From: Sandaracinus amylolyticus
Lineage (GTDB): Bacteria > Myxococcota_A > Polyangia > Polyangiales > Sandaracinaceae
Reading direction: 5' to 3'
DNA: 64,000 nucleotides
Assembly: GCF_000737325.1 (NCBI RefSeq)
Contig: NZ_CP011125.1
Location: 9,931,945-9,995,944 of the forward strand
Below are positions 29,371 to 38,747 of the stretch, piece by piece. The notes under the pieces were generated by a model that saw only the letters and a list, made by a program, of their open reading frames with translations, had not been told where the DNA came from and did no database searches. A program made the position numbers and the translations under genes. The first letter of the stretch is position 1. Each line of letters starts with the position of its first letter.

Positions 29371-30849
29371 TCACTTCGCGAGCCGCAGGTTCACGAATTC
29401 GGGCTCGTCCGTCACCTCGCGCACCACGTGGGGCGCGAGCCACGCGGGCAACGTCACCTCGGTGCGCTCGTCGGGCAGCTCGATCTCCGCGAGCACCAGA
29501 TCGCGATCGAGGAACTCGTCGATCTCCCACGTGCGCTCGCCCTCGGGCACCGCGAAGCGGCGCTTGCGCACCCGCTTGCCCTTCGTGAGCGGCCACATCT
29601 TCGCGAAGATCTCGCGCGTGGTCTCTTCCTCGACCTCGACGCGCGAGAGGCCACGACCGAGCTTCACCGTGCGGAAGAAGTGCTCCTCGCCGTCCTTCTT
29701 CGTGCGGCGCAGCCGCTCGTGGAGCTCGGTGCCCGGCACGTAGCCCTGATCGAGCTGCGTGCACGGGAACGCGCGCGCGTGGTCGGGCACCGCGGAGAGC
29801 AGGTACTTGCGCTCGATCTCGCGCGGCAGCTCCTTCGGTCCGAGCCCGTCCGCGAGCGTCTCGACCGAGCCGACCAGCGCGTCGAGCGCTCCGTCGCGCG
29901 CGATCCACTCGGTCTTCAGCTGCGCGAACAGCTCCTCGCGGCGATCGTGGGTGCGGCGCACCAGCGCGAGCAGGCCGAGCTGCTCGTCGCCTTCGCTCGA
30001 CGCGGTCACGCCGTCGCTCGCGTGGCTCTCGGCCTCGTCCGCCAGGCGCGCCGCGCGCTCGACCGCAGCCTGCGCGATCTCCTCGCGCAGCAGCGTCGCG
30101 CGCACCGCGACGTCGTTCAGCTCGCCGAGCAGATCTTGCAGGCCCTTGAGGCGCCGCACGATCTCCTTCGCATCCTCGATCGACTCTTCCTTGAGCGGCT
30201 CGAGGAGATAGCGGAGGCGCTTGCCGTCCTTGCGCGCCTCGTGCGCGAGCGCCTCGTCCTCGACGGTGTGCACCTCGCGCAGCTTGTCGCGCAGATCTTC
30301 GACCTGCTCGCGCAGCAGCGCGGCCGTCGCGTCGGCGAAGCGACCCGCGCCGCGCGCCTCGCCGACCACGTGCTCGATGTCGTAGCGCGAGAGATCGCGG
30401 CGCAGCTTCGGCAAGAGCGCGAGCAGCGCGGGCACGGTGTCGTCGCGCAGCGCTCCATACGCATCGTCGTGTTTGGCGACGAGCCGCGACGCGAGCCACG
30501 CGACGCCTCGATGCGCGCCACCCTCGAGCTCGCCGCGCACCTGCTCGAGCCACGCGAGCTGCACCTCGGTGTCGCGCGCGGTGCCGGTCTCGGCCACGAG
30601 GTCCTTGAGCTTCCTGCGACGCTTCTTCGAGAGCGCGCCGTCGAGCGGCGCGTCGTAGGTCCGCAGCACGGTGCGCAGCTTGCGCAGCGCGACGCGCAGA
30701 TCGTGGAGCGCCTCGGCGTCCTCGTGATGCGCGGCGATCACGCGCTCACCGGCCGCGCACGCCTCGTCGATCCAGCGCACGGCGAGCCGGCGCGCGCCCT
30801 CTTCGGGGATGCACTCGAGCAGCGGGAGCACGCCGGCGCGGGGCGACAT
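29371..30849 (-). CDS. CHAD-domain / CYTH-domain protein (triphosphate tunnel metalloenzyme family)
   Basis: The N-terminal half is CHAD-like (conserved LHDLRVALRKLR). The C-terminal half is CYTH-like (EIERKYLL...EIDEF...EIELPDE). The domain order is the reverse of the usual CYTH-CHAD order. Confidence 0.75.
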   Translation of the reverse strand: MSPRAGVLPLLECIPEEGARRLAVRWIDEACAAGERVIAAHHEDAEALHDLRVALRKLRTVLRTYDAPLDGALSKKRRRKLKDLVAETGTARDTEVQLAWLEQVRGELEGGAHRGVAWLASRLVAKHDDAYGALRDDTVPALLALLPKLRRDLSRYDIEHVVGEARGAGRFADATAALLREQVEDLRDKLREVHTVEDEALAHEARKDGKRLRYLLEPLKEESIEDAKEIVRRLKGLQDLLGELNDVAVRATLLREEIAQAAVERAARLADEAESHASDGVTASSEGDEQLGLLALVRRTHDRREELFAQLKTEWIARDGALDALVGSVETLADGLGPKELPREIERKYLLSAVPDHARAFPCTQLDQGYVPGTELHERLRRTKKDGEEHFFRTVKLGRGLSRVEVEEETTREIFAKMWPLTKGKRVRKRRFAVPEGERTWEIDEFLDRDLVLAEIELPDERTEVTLPAWLAPHVVREVTDEPEFVNLRLAK

Positions 30850-31095
30850 CGCGCCGAGCCTAGCAAACGTGTCCTCCGTGGCTCGTGACAGCCCACGTGA
30901 TGCGCGGATAGTCGCTTATCGCAGCGGATAAACGCGAGCACCACGATTCGCGGCGTTTCCGCGCAGCACGCGCCGGCACGCGCACTGCTCAGGGGCGCCG
31001 CGGCGCAACGTCGACGAATCCCTGCGGCGCGCACGGGCCCACAGAAATCGGTGGTGCGTGTTCCGCGAGTTCCGGGCCGTCGAGGTCGCTCCACT

Positions 31096-31135
31096 CCTTC
31101 GCGGGTTCGACTCCCGCCGCCCCCTCCGGGGCGTG
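31096..31135 (+). other. tRNA/tmRNA-like 3' fragment (T-arm + acceptor 3' strand + CC) with no complete gene
   Basis: cttcGCGGGTTCGACTCCCGCCGCCCCCTCC closely resembles the ssrA 3' end (E. coli GCGGGUUCAACUCCCGCCAGCUCCACCA). About 115 nt upstream lies aGGGGCGCC...GTCGACGaatccc, which resembles the tmRNA 5' end. No tag ORF or pseudoknot region lies between them, and I could not fold a complete cloverleaf. Confidence 0.35.
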
Positions 31136-31456
31136 CTCTGGTGAGCAGGGCTGACTGAAAATCAGCAAAAGACGTCCGTCTCACACACGGAAGCTGTCCA
31201 AACCCAACAACCCCCAATGCCGTTCTGCCGGCGCGTCGAGTCGTGATCCAGCGCGATCACGGCGAAGCACGCGTGGCCCTGCGAGCTGCCGCGTGACCTC
31301 GTCACGTGTTGCCCGCGCACGCCCGTCCTCGCGACGCGCGTGTGGCTGGTGGCAGCTCCCGCTGCGCGCGCGAGGCGCGCCCGCGGGGCGGCGCCATCTC
31401 CGCGATCGCATCACGCGATCGCTTCGCTCTCGTCTTCCACCAGGAGGGCCGTTCCC

Positions 31457-32545
31457 ATGCGCACCATCATGCTCACCGACACGCAGCGTGGCCTGCTCGT
31501 CCGCGCCGGCCGCGTCGCCGGCTGGCTCGAGCCCGGCCAGCACACGCTGTGGCGCGCGACGACCGACGTTCGCGTGCTCGACCTGAACCGCCTCGCGGAG
31601 CCGTGGACGCCCGAGCTCGCGCGCGTCGTGCCCCAGGGCGTCGCGGAGTCGATCGTCGTGCCCGAGCGTGCGATCGCGCTCGTGCGCGCCGACGGCCTGC
31701 CCGCGAAGGTGCTGGTGCCGGGGCGCTACCTGCTCTGGCAGCAGCGCGCGCAGGTGACCGCGGAGATCGTGAGCACGCTGCCGACGTTCGCGTCGGGTGT
31801 GCCCGAGGCGTTCGTGCCGCTGGTGCCGGCGTCGCTGCTCCGCACGATCGTCGTGCAGCCGTGGGAGCGCGCGCTGCTCGTGATCGACGGCGCGGCGGTG
31901 CGTCTGCTCGAGCCGGGCCGCCACCTCGTGTGGAGCGAGGGTCGCGTCGTGCAGGCACTGCCGGTCGATCTGCGCGAGCGTGAGACCCAGGTCGTCGGGC
32001 AGGAGGTCATGACCGCCGACAAGGTGACGATCCGCATCAACCTCGTCGCGAAGACGAAGGTGGTCGACGCGCAGCTCGCGTGCGCGGCGACGGTGGATCT
32101 GAGCGCGGCGCTCTACACCGAGGCGCAGCTCGCGGCGCGTCGTTTCGTCGCGGGCCACACCGTCGATCAGCTGCTCGAGCGTCGCGAGGACGCACGCCGC
32201 GTGATGCGCGAGTCGCTCGCGGAGCGCGCGCGCACCTGGGGCGTCGAGGTGCTCGAGCTCGACCTGAAGGACGTGGTCCTTCCGGGCGAGATGAAGAGCA
32301 TCCTGAACCAGGTGATCGAGGCGGAGAAGCGCGCGGCGGCGAACGTCGTGCTCCGTCGCGAGGAGACGGCGGCGACGCGCAGCCTCGCGAACACCGCGAA
32401 GCTCCTCGAGCAGAACCCGACGCTGCTGCGCCTGAAGGAGCTCGAGGCGTGGAAGGAGATCGCGGAGCGCGTGGGCCAGGTGACGATCGTCGCCGCGCCG
32501 AGCGAGCTCATGAGCCGTCTCGCGCTGCCGGGCGCGCAGCGTTAG
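31457..32545 (+). CDS. SPFH/band-7 (stomatin-like) domain protein
   Basis: AGGAGG 9 nt upstream of the ATG. The central region matches the SPFH fold, with a coiled-coil tail (EAEKRAAANVVLRREETAATR). Confidence 0.8.
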   Translation: MRTIMLTDTQRGLLVRAGRVAGWLEPGQHTLWRATTDVRVLDLNRLAEPWTPELARVVPQGVAESIVVPERAIALVRADGLPAKVLVPGRYLLWQQRAQVTAEIVSTLPTFASGVPEAFVPLVPASLLRTIVVQPWERALLVIDGAAVRLLEPGRHLVWSEGRVVQALPVDLRERETQVVGQEVMTADKVTIRINLVAKTKVVDAQLACAATVDLSAALYTEAQLAARRFVAGHTVDQLLERREDARRVMRESLAERARTWGVEVLELDLKDVVLPGEMKSILNQVIEAEKRAAANVVLRREETAATRSLANTAKLLEQNPTLLRLKELEAWKEIAERVGQVTIVAAPSELMSRLALPGAQR

Positions 32546-32595
32546 GCGGGCACACACGGGCGAGCCCGGGCACGTGGTGGTGCCCGGGCTCGTTC

Positions 32596-33339
32596 TCATC
32601 TCGCGAGCTGGGCCTCGAGGCGCGCGACGGTGAGCTCGGCCATCGAGCTGACGACCCAGTGCGCGCCGTGATCGCGCAGCGCGTCGCGGTTGCCGCCGCG
32701 ATCGACGCCGACCACGAGGCCGAACCCGCCCGCGCGTCCCGCGGCGACGCCTGCGGTCGCGTCCTCGACGACCACTGCGTCGGCCGGTGCGAACGCGCCG
32801 AGGCGACGCAGGCACTCGAGGAACATGTCGGGCGCGGGCTTGCTCGCGAGGCGCATCCGCTCGAGCTCGTTGCCGTCGACGATCGCGTCGAAGAGCTCGA
32901 GGATCCCCGCGCGCTCGAGCACCGGGATGCAGTTGCGGCTCGACGACGCGACGCCGCGCGTGATGCCGCGATCGCGCAGCGCGCGCACGAGGTGCACGGC
33001 GTGCTCGTCGACCTCCACTCCGTCGCGCGCGATCGCGTCGCGGAACCAGTGATCCTTCTGGGCCGCGAGGCCCTCGACGGTCGGTGCGCCTTCGGGATCC
33101 GACGCGTCGCCCTCGGGCAGCGTGATGCCGCGCGACGCGAGGAACGTGCGCACTCCGTCGCGGCGCGCGCGACCGTCGACGTACGCGAGGTAGTCGCGCT
33201 GGATGTCGAACGGCTGGAACCCGACACCCTCGCGAGCGCGCAGGAACCCGTCGAACAGCGACTTCCACGCGGCGGCGTGGAGGCGCGCGGTGCGCGTGAG
33301 CACGCCATCGAGATCGAACACCACGGCGGCGAGCGTCAT
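32596..33339 (-). CDS. HAD-superfamily hydrolase, beta-phosphoglucomutase-like
   Basis: Motif I VVFDLDGVLT. Overall beta-PGM-like layout. The start ATG overlaps the stop of the upstream GH65 gene. Confidence 0.8.
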   Translation of the reverse strand: MTLAAVVFDLDGVLTRTARLHAAAWKSLFDGFLRAREGVGFQPFDIQRDYLAYVDGRARRDGVRTFLASRGITLPEGDASDPEGAPTVEGLAAQKDHWFRDAIARDGVEVDEHAVHLVRALRDRGITRGVASSSRNCIPVLERAGILELFDAIVDGNELERMRLASKPAPDMFLECLRRLGAFAPADAVVVEDATAGVAAGRAGGFGLVVGVDRGGNRDALRDHGAHWVVSSMAELTVARLEAQLAR

Positions 33340-35810
33340 CCGCGCCCCACGCGCCGGTGCGCATCGGCACCGGCGCCGCGACGGAACGGCTCGCGCCCCG
33401 CGGGCGGTGCGACGGTCGGGACCTGCTCGCGCACCGGGCACGGCATGAGCCGCGACGCGTCGTGCTCCAGCGTGAAGCGCTCGCCGTGGTGCTCGAGCTC
33501 GATCGGATCGCCGCTGCGCAGCTCGTAGCGCGCGTCGTGAGGCGTGATGTCCACGCGGATGCAGCGACCGCGCATCAGGAGGTGGAACGCGAGGCGCGTC
33601 ATCGGCGCGACCAGCCGCGGCGCGAACGCGAGCACGTCACCCTGATCGCGCATCCCGCCGAAGCCCGCGACCGCGACGAGCCACGCGCCCGAGAGCGCCG
33701 CGAGGTGCAGCCCGTCCGCGGTGTTGCCCGCGATGTCGCGCAGATCGACGAGCGCGGTCTCGCGGAAGTACTCGTACGCGAGCTCGAGGTGACCGACCTC
33801 CGCGGCGACCACGCCCTGGATCGACGCGGAGAGCGTCGAGTCGCGCACCGTGATCGCCTCGTAGTGCTCGAAGTCGCGCCGCTTCTGCTCGAGCGTCATC
33901 TCCTCGCCGCAGAGGAAGAGCGCGAGCACGAGGTCGGCCTGCTTCACGACCTGGCTCGAGTAGAGCAGGTAGTACGGGAAGTGGAGCAGCAGCGGGTACG
34001 CGTCGGGCGGCGTGTCCTCGAAGCGCCATCGGCGGAAGCGCGTGAAGCCGTCGCACTGCGCCGTGACGCCGAGCTCGGTGTCGAACGGGACGACGATCGC
34101 GCCCGCGGCCTCGCGCCACTTCGCGATCTCTTCGCCGTCGACGCCGAGCGCGGCGGCGCGCTCGGGGTGTCGCTCGGCGGCGCTCGCGGCGCTGCGGAGG
34201 TTGCGCGCGGCCATGAGGTTCGTGAACGTGTTGTTGTCGCAGAGCGCGGTGTACTCGTCGGGCCCGGTCACGCCGTCGATGCGGAAGCCGCCCTCGGCGT
34301 CGTGGTGCCCGAGCGAGGCCCACAGGCGCGCGGTCTCGACCAGCATCTCGACGCCGACGTCGCGCTCGAACGCGGTGTCGCCGGTCGCGCTCACGTAGCG
34401 GCGCACCGCGTCGGCGATGTCGGCGTTCACGTGGAACGCGGCGGTGCCCGCGGGCCAGTAGCCGGAGCACTCCTCGCCGCGGATCGTGCGCCACGGGAAG
34501 CACGCGCCGCGAAGGTGCAGCTGCGCGGCGCGTGCGCGCGCGAGCGGAAGCGTCGAGTGACGCCAGCGGAGCGCGTCGCGCGCTGCGTCGGGCGTCGTGT
34601 ACGTGAGCACCGGCAGCGTGTACGTGTCCATGTCCCAGAAGGTGTGCCCGTCGTAGCCGCGGCCGGTGAGGCCCTTCGCGGGGATCGCACGGTTCTCCGC
34701 GCGCGCCGCGGCCTGCACGATCTGGAAGATCGCGAAGCGCATCGCCTGCTGGAGCTCGGGGTCTCCGTCGATCTCGACGTCCGCGTGCTCCCACACCGTG
34801 TCGAGGTACGCGCGCTGCGCGGCGAGCAAGCCGTCCCATCCGGTGCGCCGCGCCGCGGAGAGCGCGGCATCGACCTGATCGCGCAGCGCGGGCATCGAGC
34901 GCTCCGCGGACCAGCCGTACGCGAGCAGCTTCACGACGCGCAGCGTCCGGCCGGGCGCGAGCTCCGTGCTCACCGTCACGCGCGCGAGATCGGTCTCGCT
35001 CTCCGCGCTCGACACCGTGCCCTCGGGACCGTCGATCACGTGATCGAGCGCGGCCGCCATGCGCAGCCCGCTCACCCGCGCGCGGTGGCCCATCGCGACC
35101 TCGCTGTCGCGCGCCGTGTGGTACTCGCACACGAGCGCGCCGCGGAGCGCGGCGGCCGAGCGCGGATCGTCCTCGCCGTGCACGATCGTCGGCTCGTTCG
35201 CGACGACCGAGGACTGCACGACGATGCGCGCGGGCGCGCCGATGGCCTCGACCTCGTAGCAGACCGCCGCGATCGCGCGCTGCACGAACGAGACGAGGCG
35301 CGTCGAGCGCACGCGCACCGCCTGGCCCGCGGGCGAGGTCCACATCACGTCGCGGCGCAGCACGCCGTCGCGCAGGTCGAGCACGCGCTTGTGGCGCTCG
35401 AGGGTGCCGTAGCGCACGTCGAAGGGCTCGTCGTCGACCAGCAGCCGCACGAGCTTGCCGTTGGTCACGTTGAGCAGCGTCTGGCCCTCTTCGGGATAGC
35501 CGTAGCCCGGCTCCGCGTAGGGCAGGGGGAGCGCCTCGAAGAAGCCGTTGAGGTACGAGCCGGGCTCGCGGTGCGGCTCGCCCTCGTCGAGGTTGCCGCG
35601 GAGGCCGATGTGCCCGTTCGAGAGCGCGAACACGGACTCGCTCGTCGCGAGCCGATCGAGCCGCAGCGATCGCTCGACGATCGCCCAGGGCGCGATCTCG
35701 AACGCGCTGCGATCGATCACGGGCTCTCCTGCGCGTGGTGCACCGGAGAGGACGTAGGCACCGCGACGTCGGAAACCTGAGACGAAACGCGCTCGGTCCG
35801 GCCACTCCAT
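33336..35810 (-). CDS. glycoside hydrolase family 65 disaccharide phosphorylase (kojibiose/trehalose/maltose phosphorylase-like)
   Basis: GH65 N-terminal beta-sandwich, (alpha/alpha)6 barrel and C-terminal domain are recognisable. A GH65 gene coupled to a beta-PGM gene is the classic pairing. The Arg-rich extension upstream of MEWPDRARF in the track ORF is a shadow. Confidence 0.85.
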   Translation of the reverse strand: MEWPDRARFVSGFRRRGAYVLSGAPRAGEPVIDRSAFEIAPWAIVERSLRLDRLATSESVFALSNGHIGLRGNLDEGEPHREPGSYLNGFFEALPLPYAEPGYGYPEEGQTLLNVTNGKLVRLLVDDEPFDVRYGTLERHKRVLDLRDGVLRRDVMWTSPAGQAVRVRSTRLVSFVQRAIAAVCYEVEAIGAPARIVVQSSVVANEPTIVHGEDDPRSAAALRGALVCEYHTARDSEVAMGHRARVSGLRMAAALDHVIDGPEGTVSSAESETDLARVTVSTELAPGRTLRVVKLLAYGWSAERSMPALRDQVDAALSAARRTGWDGLLAAQRAYLDTVWEHADVEIDGDPELQQAMRFAIFQIVQAAARAENRAIPAKGLTGRGYDGHTFWDMDTYTLPVLTYTTPDAARDALRWRHSTLPLARARAAQLHLRGACFPWRTIRGEECSGYWPAGTAAFHVNADIADAVRRYVSATGDTAFERDVGVEMLVETARLWASLGHHDAEGGFRIDGVTGPDEYTALCDNNTFTNLMAARNLRSAASAAERHPERAAALGVDGEEIAKWREAAGAIVVPFDTELGVTAQCDGFTRFRRWRFEDTPPDAYPLLLHFPYYLLYSSQVVKQADLVLALFLCGEEMTLEQKRRDFEHYEAITVRDSTLSASIQGVVAAEVGHLELAYEYFRETALVDLRDIAGNTADGLHLAALSGAWLVAVAGFGGMRDQGDVLAFAPRLVAPMTRLAFHLLMRGRCIRVDITPHDARYELRSGDPIELEHHGERFTLEHDASRLMPCPVREQVPTVAPPAGREPFRRGAGADAHRRVGRG

Positions 35811-35825
35811 GCGCGGGAGGCACGC

Positions 35826-36950
35826 GTGACCGTGAGACGATGGCGGAGGCAGGGGCTGCTCGGGATCGCGCTCTCGCTCGGCGCGTGCGCGAGCGCGGAC
35901 GATCGACCGCTCGACGCGGCGGTGCCGCTCGATGCGACGTCCGTGCTCGACGCGACGGTGCTCGACGCGACGACGGTGCTCGACGCGACGACGGTGCTCG
36001 ACGCGGGCGCGACGGGCTGCGACACGACGACCGAGCTGCTCGATCTCGAGGCGCAGCTCGCGAGCGGGCCCGAGACGTGCCGCAGCTGGGCCGACGCGGT
36101 GCGCGGCCGCGTCGCCGTGAACGGCTTCGGGAGCTCGGTGCTCTGGTCGGCGCGCGGCGAGCCGCGCCTGGGGGTGGTCGTCGGCGCGATGCATGTGCTC
36201 GGGCCCGGGTGGTTCGGCGGAGAGCCGGGCACCGACGTGGCCGAGCGCCTCGCGGCGCCGAGCGACGACGAGTCCGGCATCATGCGGATCCGGGTGCGCA
36301 CCGCGAGCGGCGCGATCGACCGCACGTTCGTCTCGCCGCAGTGGGTCACCTATCGCCCATCGATTCCCGCGGCGCAGCACGAGGACGTCACGACGATCCT
36401 CCCGCGTCACGATCTCTTCGTCGGGCTGGTCGACGGCCATCGCGCGCAGGACGATCTCGTCGCGCCGCTCGCGCCGACGTTCGCCGACCGCAGCGCGCTC
36501 GCGATCCACGATCCACGCGGGCTCGTGGACGACGAGCGCTCGTTCGTCGACGCGACGCCGGGCGGGCTCGTGATGTTGATCGGCTATCCACAGGCGGGCC
36601 CGGAGGGCGGCGCGTTCTCGATCGGGCGCGTGCTCGACGACGAGGGCGCGCGCGCCGCGATCGAGTGGCTCGCCGATCAGGGCGACGAAGAGGGCGAGAT
36701 CGCGTACGAGCCCGAGGTCGAGGCGATCGTCGAAGGGCACGCGGTCGCGGGCATGAGCGGCGGCGGTGCGTTCGATCGCGACGGGCGGCTCGTCGGCGTG
36801 CTCGTGCGCGCGAGCGATCCCGAGGCCGAGCGGCAGTACGTACGCGTCGTGCGCATGCGCTACGTCGCCGAGTCGGTCGCTCGCGCGCGCGCCGCGCTCG
36901 ACGCATCGGCGCGCGCTGCGATCGATCCGCTGCTGCCTCCGCTCGAGTGA
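35826..36950 (+). CDS. lipoprotein with a trypsin-like (PA-clan) serine-peptidase fold
   Basis: Lipobox LSLGACAS. VLDAT-type repeats. HVLG, and GMSGGGAFDRDGRLVGVLV resembling the GDSGG catalytic-Ser block. Confidence 0.55.
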   Translation: MTVRRWRRQGLLGIALSLGACASADDRPLDAAVPLDATSVLDATVLDATTVLDATTVLDAGATGCDTTTELLDLEAQLASGPETCRSWADAVRGRVAVNGFGSSVLWSARGEPRLGVVVGAMHVLGPGWFGGEPGTDVAERLAAPSDDESGIMRIRVRTASGAIDRTFVSPQWVTYRPSIPAAQHEDVTTILPRHDLFVGLVDGHRAQDDLVAPLAPTFADRSALAIHDPRGLVDDERSFVDATPGGLVMLIGYPQAGPEGGAFSIGRVLDDEGARAAIEWLADQGDEEGEIAYEPEVEAIVEGHAVAGMSGGGAFDRDGRLVGVLVRASDPEAERQYVRVVRMRYVAESVARARAALDASARAAIDPLLPPLE

Positions 36951-38702
36951 TCAGTCGAGGACGATCACCATCACCGCGTACTGGCCCCACGCCGCGCCAG
37001 GCACGCGATGCCACGCGAGCCCTACGCCGAGCCGCAGCGCGGGGCGCGCGAGGAGCTCCTCGGGCCACGCGAGCTGATCAGCCGAGAGGCCTTCCATCAA
37101 GAGCGCTTGCACGCGTCGCCCCGGCGCGCGCGACGCCGTCTCGTTCATCACCGCCTCGAGCGCCTGGCCCGGCGTGCGCGTCCCGCGCTGCACCGCGGCG
37201 CTCGCCTGCTGCATCCCCGGGATGTTGCCGACGAACGAAGGTGCGGCGAGGCCCCGCGCAGCGCGCGCCGCGACGAGCGAGCGCATCACCTGCTCGCGCG
37301 CCCGCTCGAGCTCGCTGCCTTCGAAGAACGCATAGGTCGCGAGCAGCCCGACGAACGCCTGCTGCTCGGCGTCCCAGCGCACGCCGATCGCCGCGCCGCG
37401 CATCTCGGGATCGAGCAGCACCGCGCGCGTCCACGGATCTTCGACCAGCAGCGCGAGCCACTCGCCGGCGTGACGCGTCGCGATGATCGCCGCCGAGCCG
37501 AGCCGCGCGTCGCGGATCGTCCCGCCCGAGACGTTCCAGCCGGCCATCACGCCGAGGCCGATCACGTCGGCGGCCTCGGACTGACCTCCGAGGTGCGCCG
37601 CGAGCCAGCTCGGCACGAGGCCCTGCAGCGTCGCGCTCTGCGCGAGCTCGAGCGCGAGCGGCGCGCGACCGGTGCGCGCACGCAGCGCGTTGGCGCGCGC
37701 GAGCAGCGCCTCGACGAGCGCGCCGGGCTCGCTCGCGGTCGCCAGCGCGGGGTCGACCTCGAGGGCCGGCATCGTCGCGGCGTCGTCGCGGCGCAAGAGC
37801 ACGCGACCGACCGCGCGACCCAGCAGGCGGCCCGGCGGGAACGCCATGATCTCGACGCGCGCCATGCGATCGTCGAGGTGCATCGGGCAGCGAATCGCGA
37901 TCTCGGGCAGCGCGACGTCGGGCGCGAGCGCGCAGCGCGCGAAGTCCGCGGGGCCGAACGTGACGTACGCCTCGACGTTCTGCGCCGCGCTGCGCAGCCG
38001 CCCGCGCAGCACCACGCCGTCGCCCTGCACGAGCGGCGCGCGCGTCGTGAGATCGAGCTCTTCGATCGCGCCGACGAACGCCGCGACGACGAAGCCGTTC
38101 GCGGCGCGCTCGACGTGCATCCCGACGTGGGTCGCGCCCTGCTGCGCGAGCGACGCGAAGCGCTCGCGCGCCATCGTGCGGAGCGGCTCGCCGTAGGTCG
38201 CGAGGAACGCCGCATCGGTCGTGCTCGCGGGCACCGTGACGTGGCTCGACTCGACGAAGAACTGGATCGCGGTCGATCCGCAGCGCGTGAGCGCGAAGTG
38301 CGCGAGCCGCGTGTCGACCGGCCCGGGATGCGCCGCGAGATGACGCGCGACCTCGCGCGCACCGCACGTCACCGCGCGCGAGATCGGCGGCGCGCCGGTG
38401 ACGCGCGCCGCGACCTCGGGCCCGATCGCCTCGAGCGGTGTCGTGGGCGCGAACGGCGCGCGCGGATCGTCGTCGGGGAAGGGCCCGCCGAGCGTCCACA
38501 CGTCCGGCCACAACGCGGTCGGCGCGGCTGGGTGCGTGGAGGTGGGCGCCGCCGCGACGATGCGATCCAGCTGATCGCGCGACGGGAATTGCGCGGCGGG
38601 CTGCGAGCGCTGGGCGGCGAGCGAGCCCGACGACCGGACGTTCATCGCGCCGCCGCCGCACCCGGCGAGCACGAGCGTGAGAGAGACGAGGAGGTTCCGC
38701 AT
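36951..38702 (-). CDS. hypothetical lipoprotein
   Basis: MRNLLVSLTLVLAGCGG lipobox. 583 aa. No family recognised. Confidence 0.5.
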   Translation of the reverse strand: MRNLLVSLTLVLAGCGGGAMNVRSSGSLAAQRSQPAAQFPSRDQLDRIVAAAPTSTHPAAPTALWPDVWTLGGPFPDDDPRAPFAPTTPLEAIGPEVAARVTGAPPISRAVTCGAREVARHLAAHPGPVDTRLAHFALTRCGSTAIQFFVESSHVTVPASTTDAAFLATYGEPLRTMARERFASLAQQGATHVGMHVERAANGFVVAAFVGAIEELDLTTRAPLVQGDGVVLRGRLRSAAQNVEAYVTFGPADFARCALAPDVALPEIAIRCPMHLDDRMARVEIMAFPPGRLLGRAVGRVLLRRDDAATMPALEVDPALATASEPGALVEALLARANALRARTGRAPLALELAQSATLQGLVPSWLAAHLGGQSEAADVIGLGVMAGWNVSGGTIRDARLGSAAIIATRHAGEWLALLVEDPWTRAVLLDPEMRGAAIGVRWDAEQQAFVGLLATYAFFEGSELERAREQVMRSLVAARAARGLAAPSFVGNIPGMQQASAAVQRGTRTPGQALEAVMNETASRAPGRRVQALLMEGLSADQLAWPEELLARPALRLGVGLAWHRVPGAAWGQYAVMVIVLD

Positions 38703-38747
38703 GGGCGCCGCTGATACGACGCGCCGCGCGCGCGGGCCAGCCGACGA

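Noticed and set aside
31038-31135. Complete tRNA or tmRNA gene at the T-arm-like sequence
   Set aside because: I could not place a 5' acceptor strand complementary to CGCCCCC within tRNA distance. The anticodon and D arms do not fold. The candidate tmRNA 5' and 3' ends are only about 115 nt apart with no tag ORF. It is kept only as a fragment.
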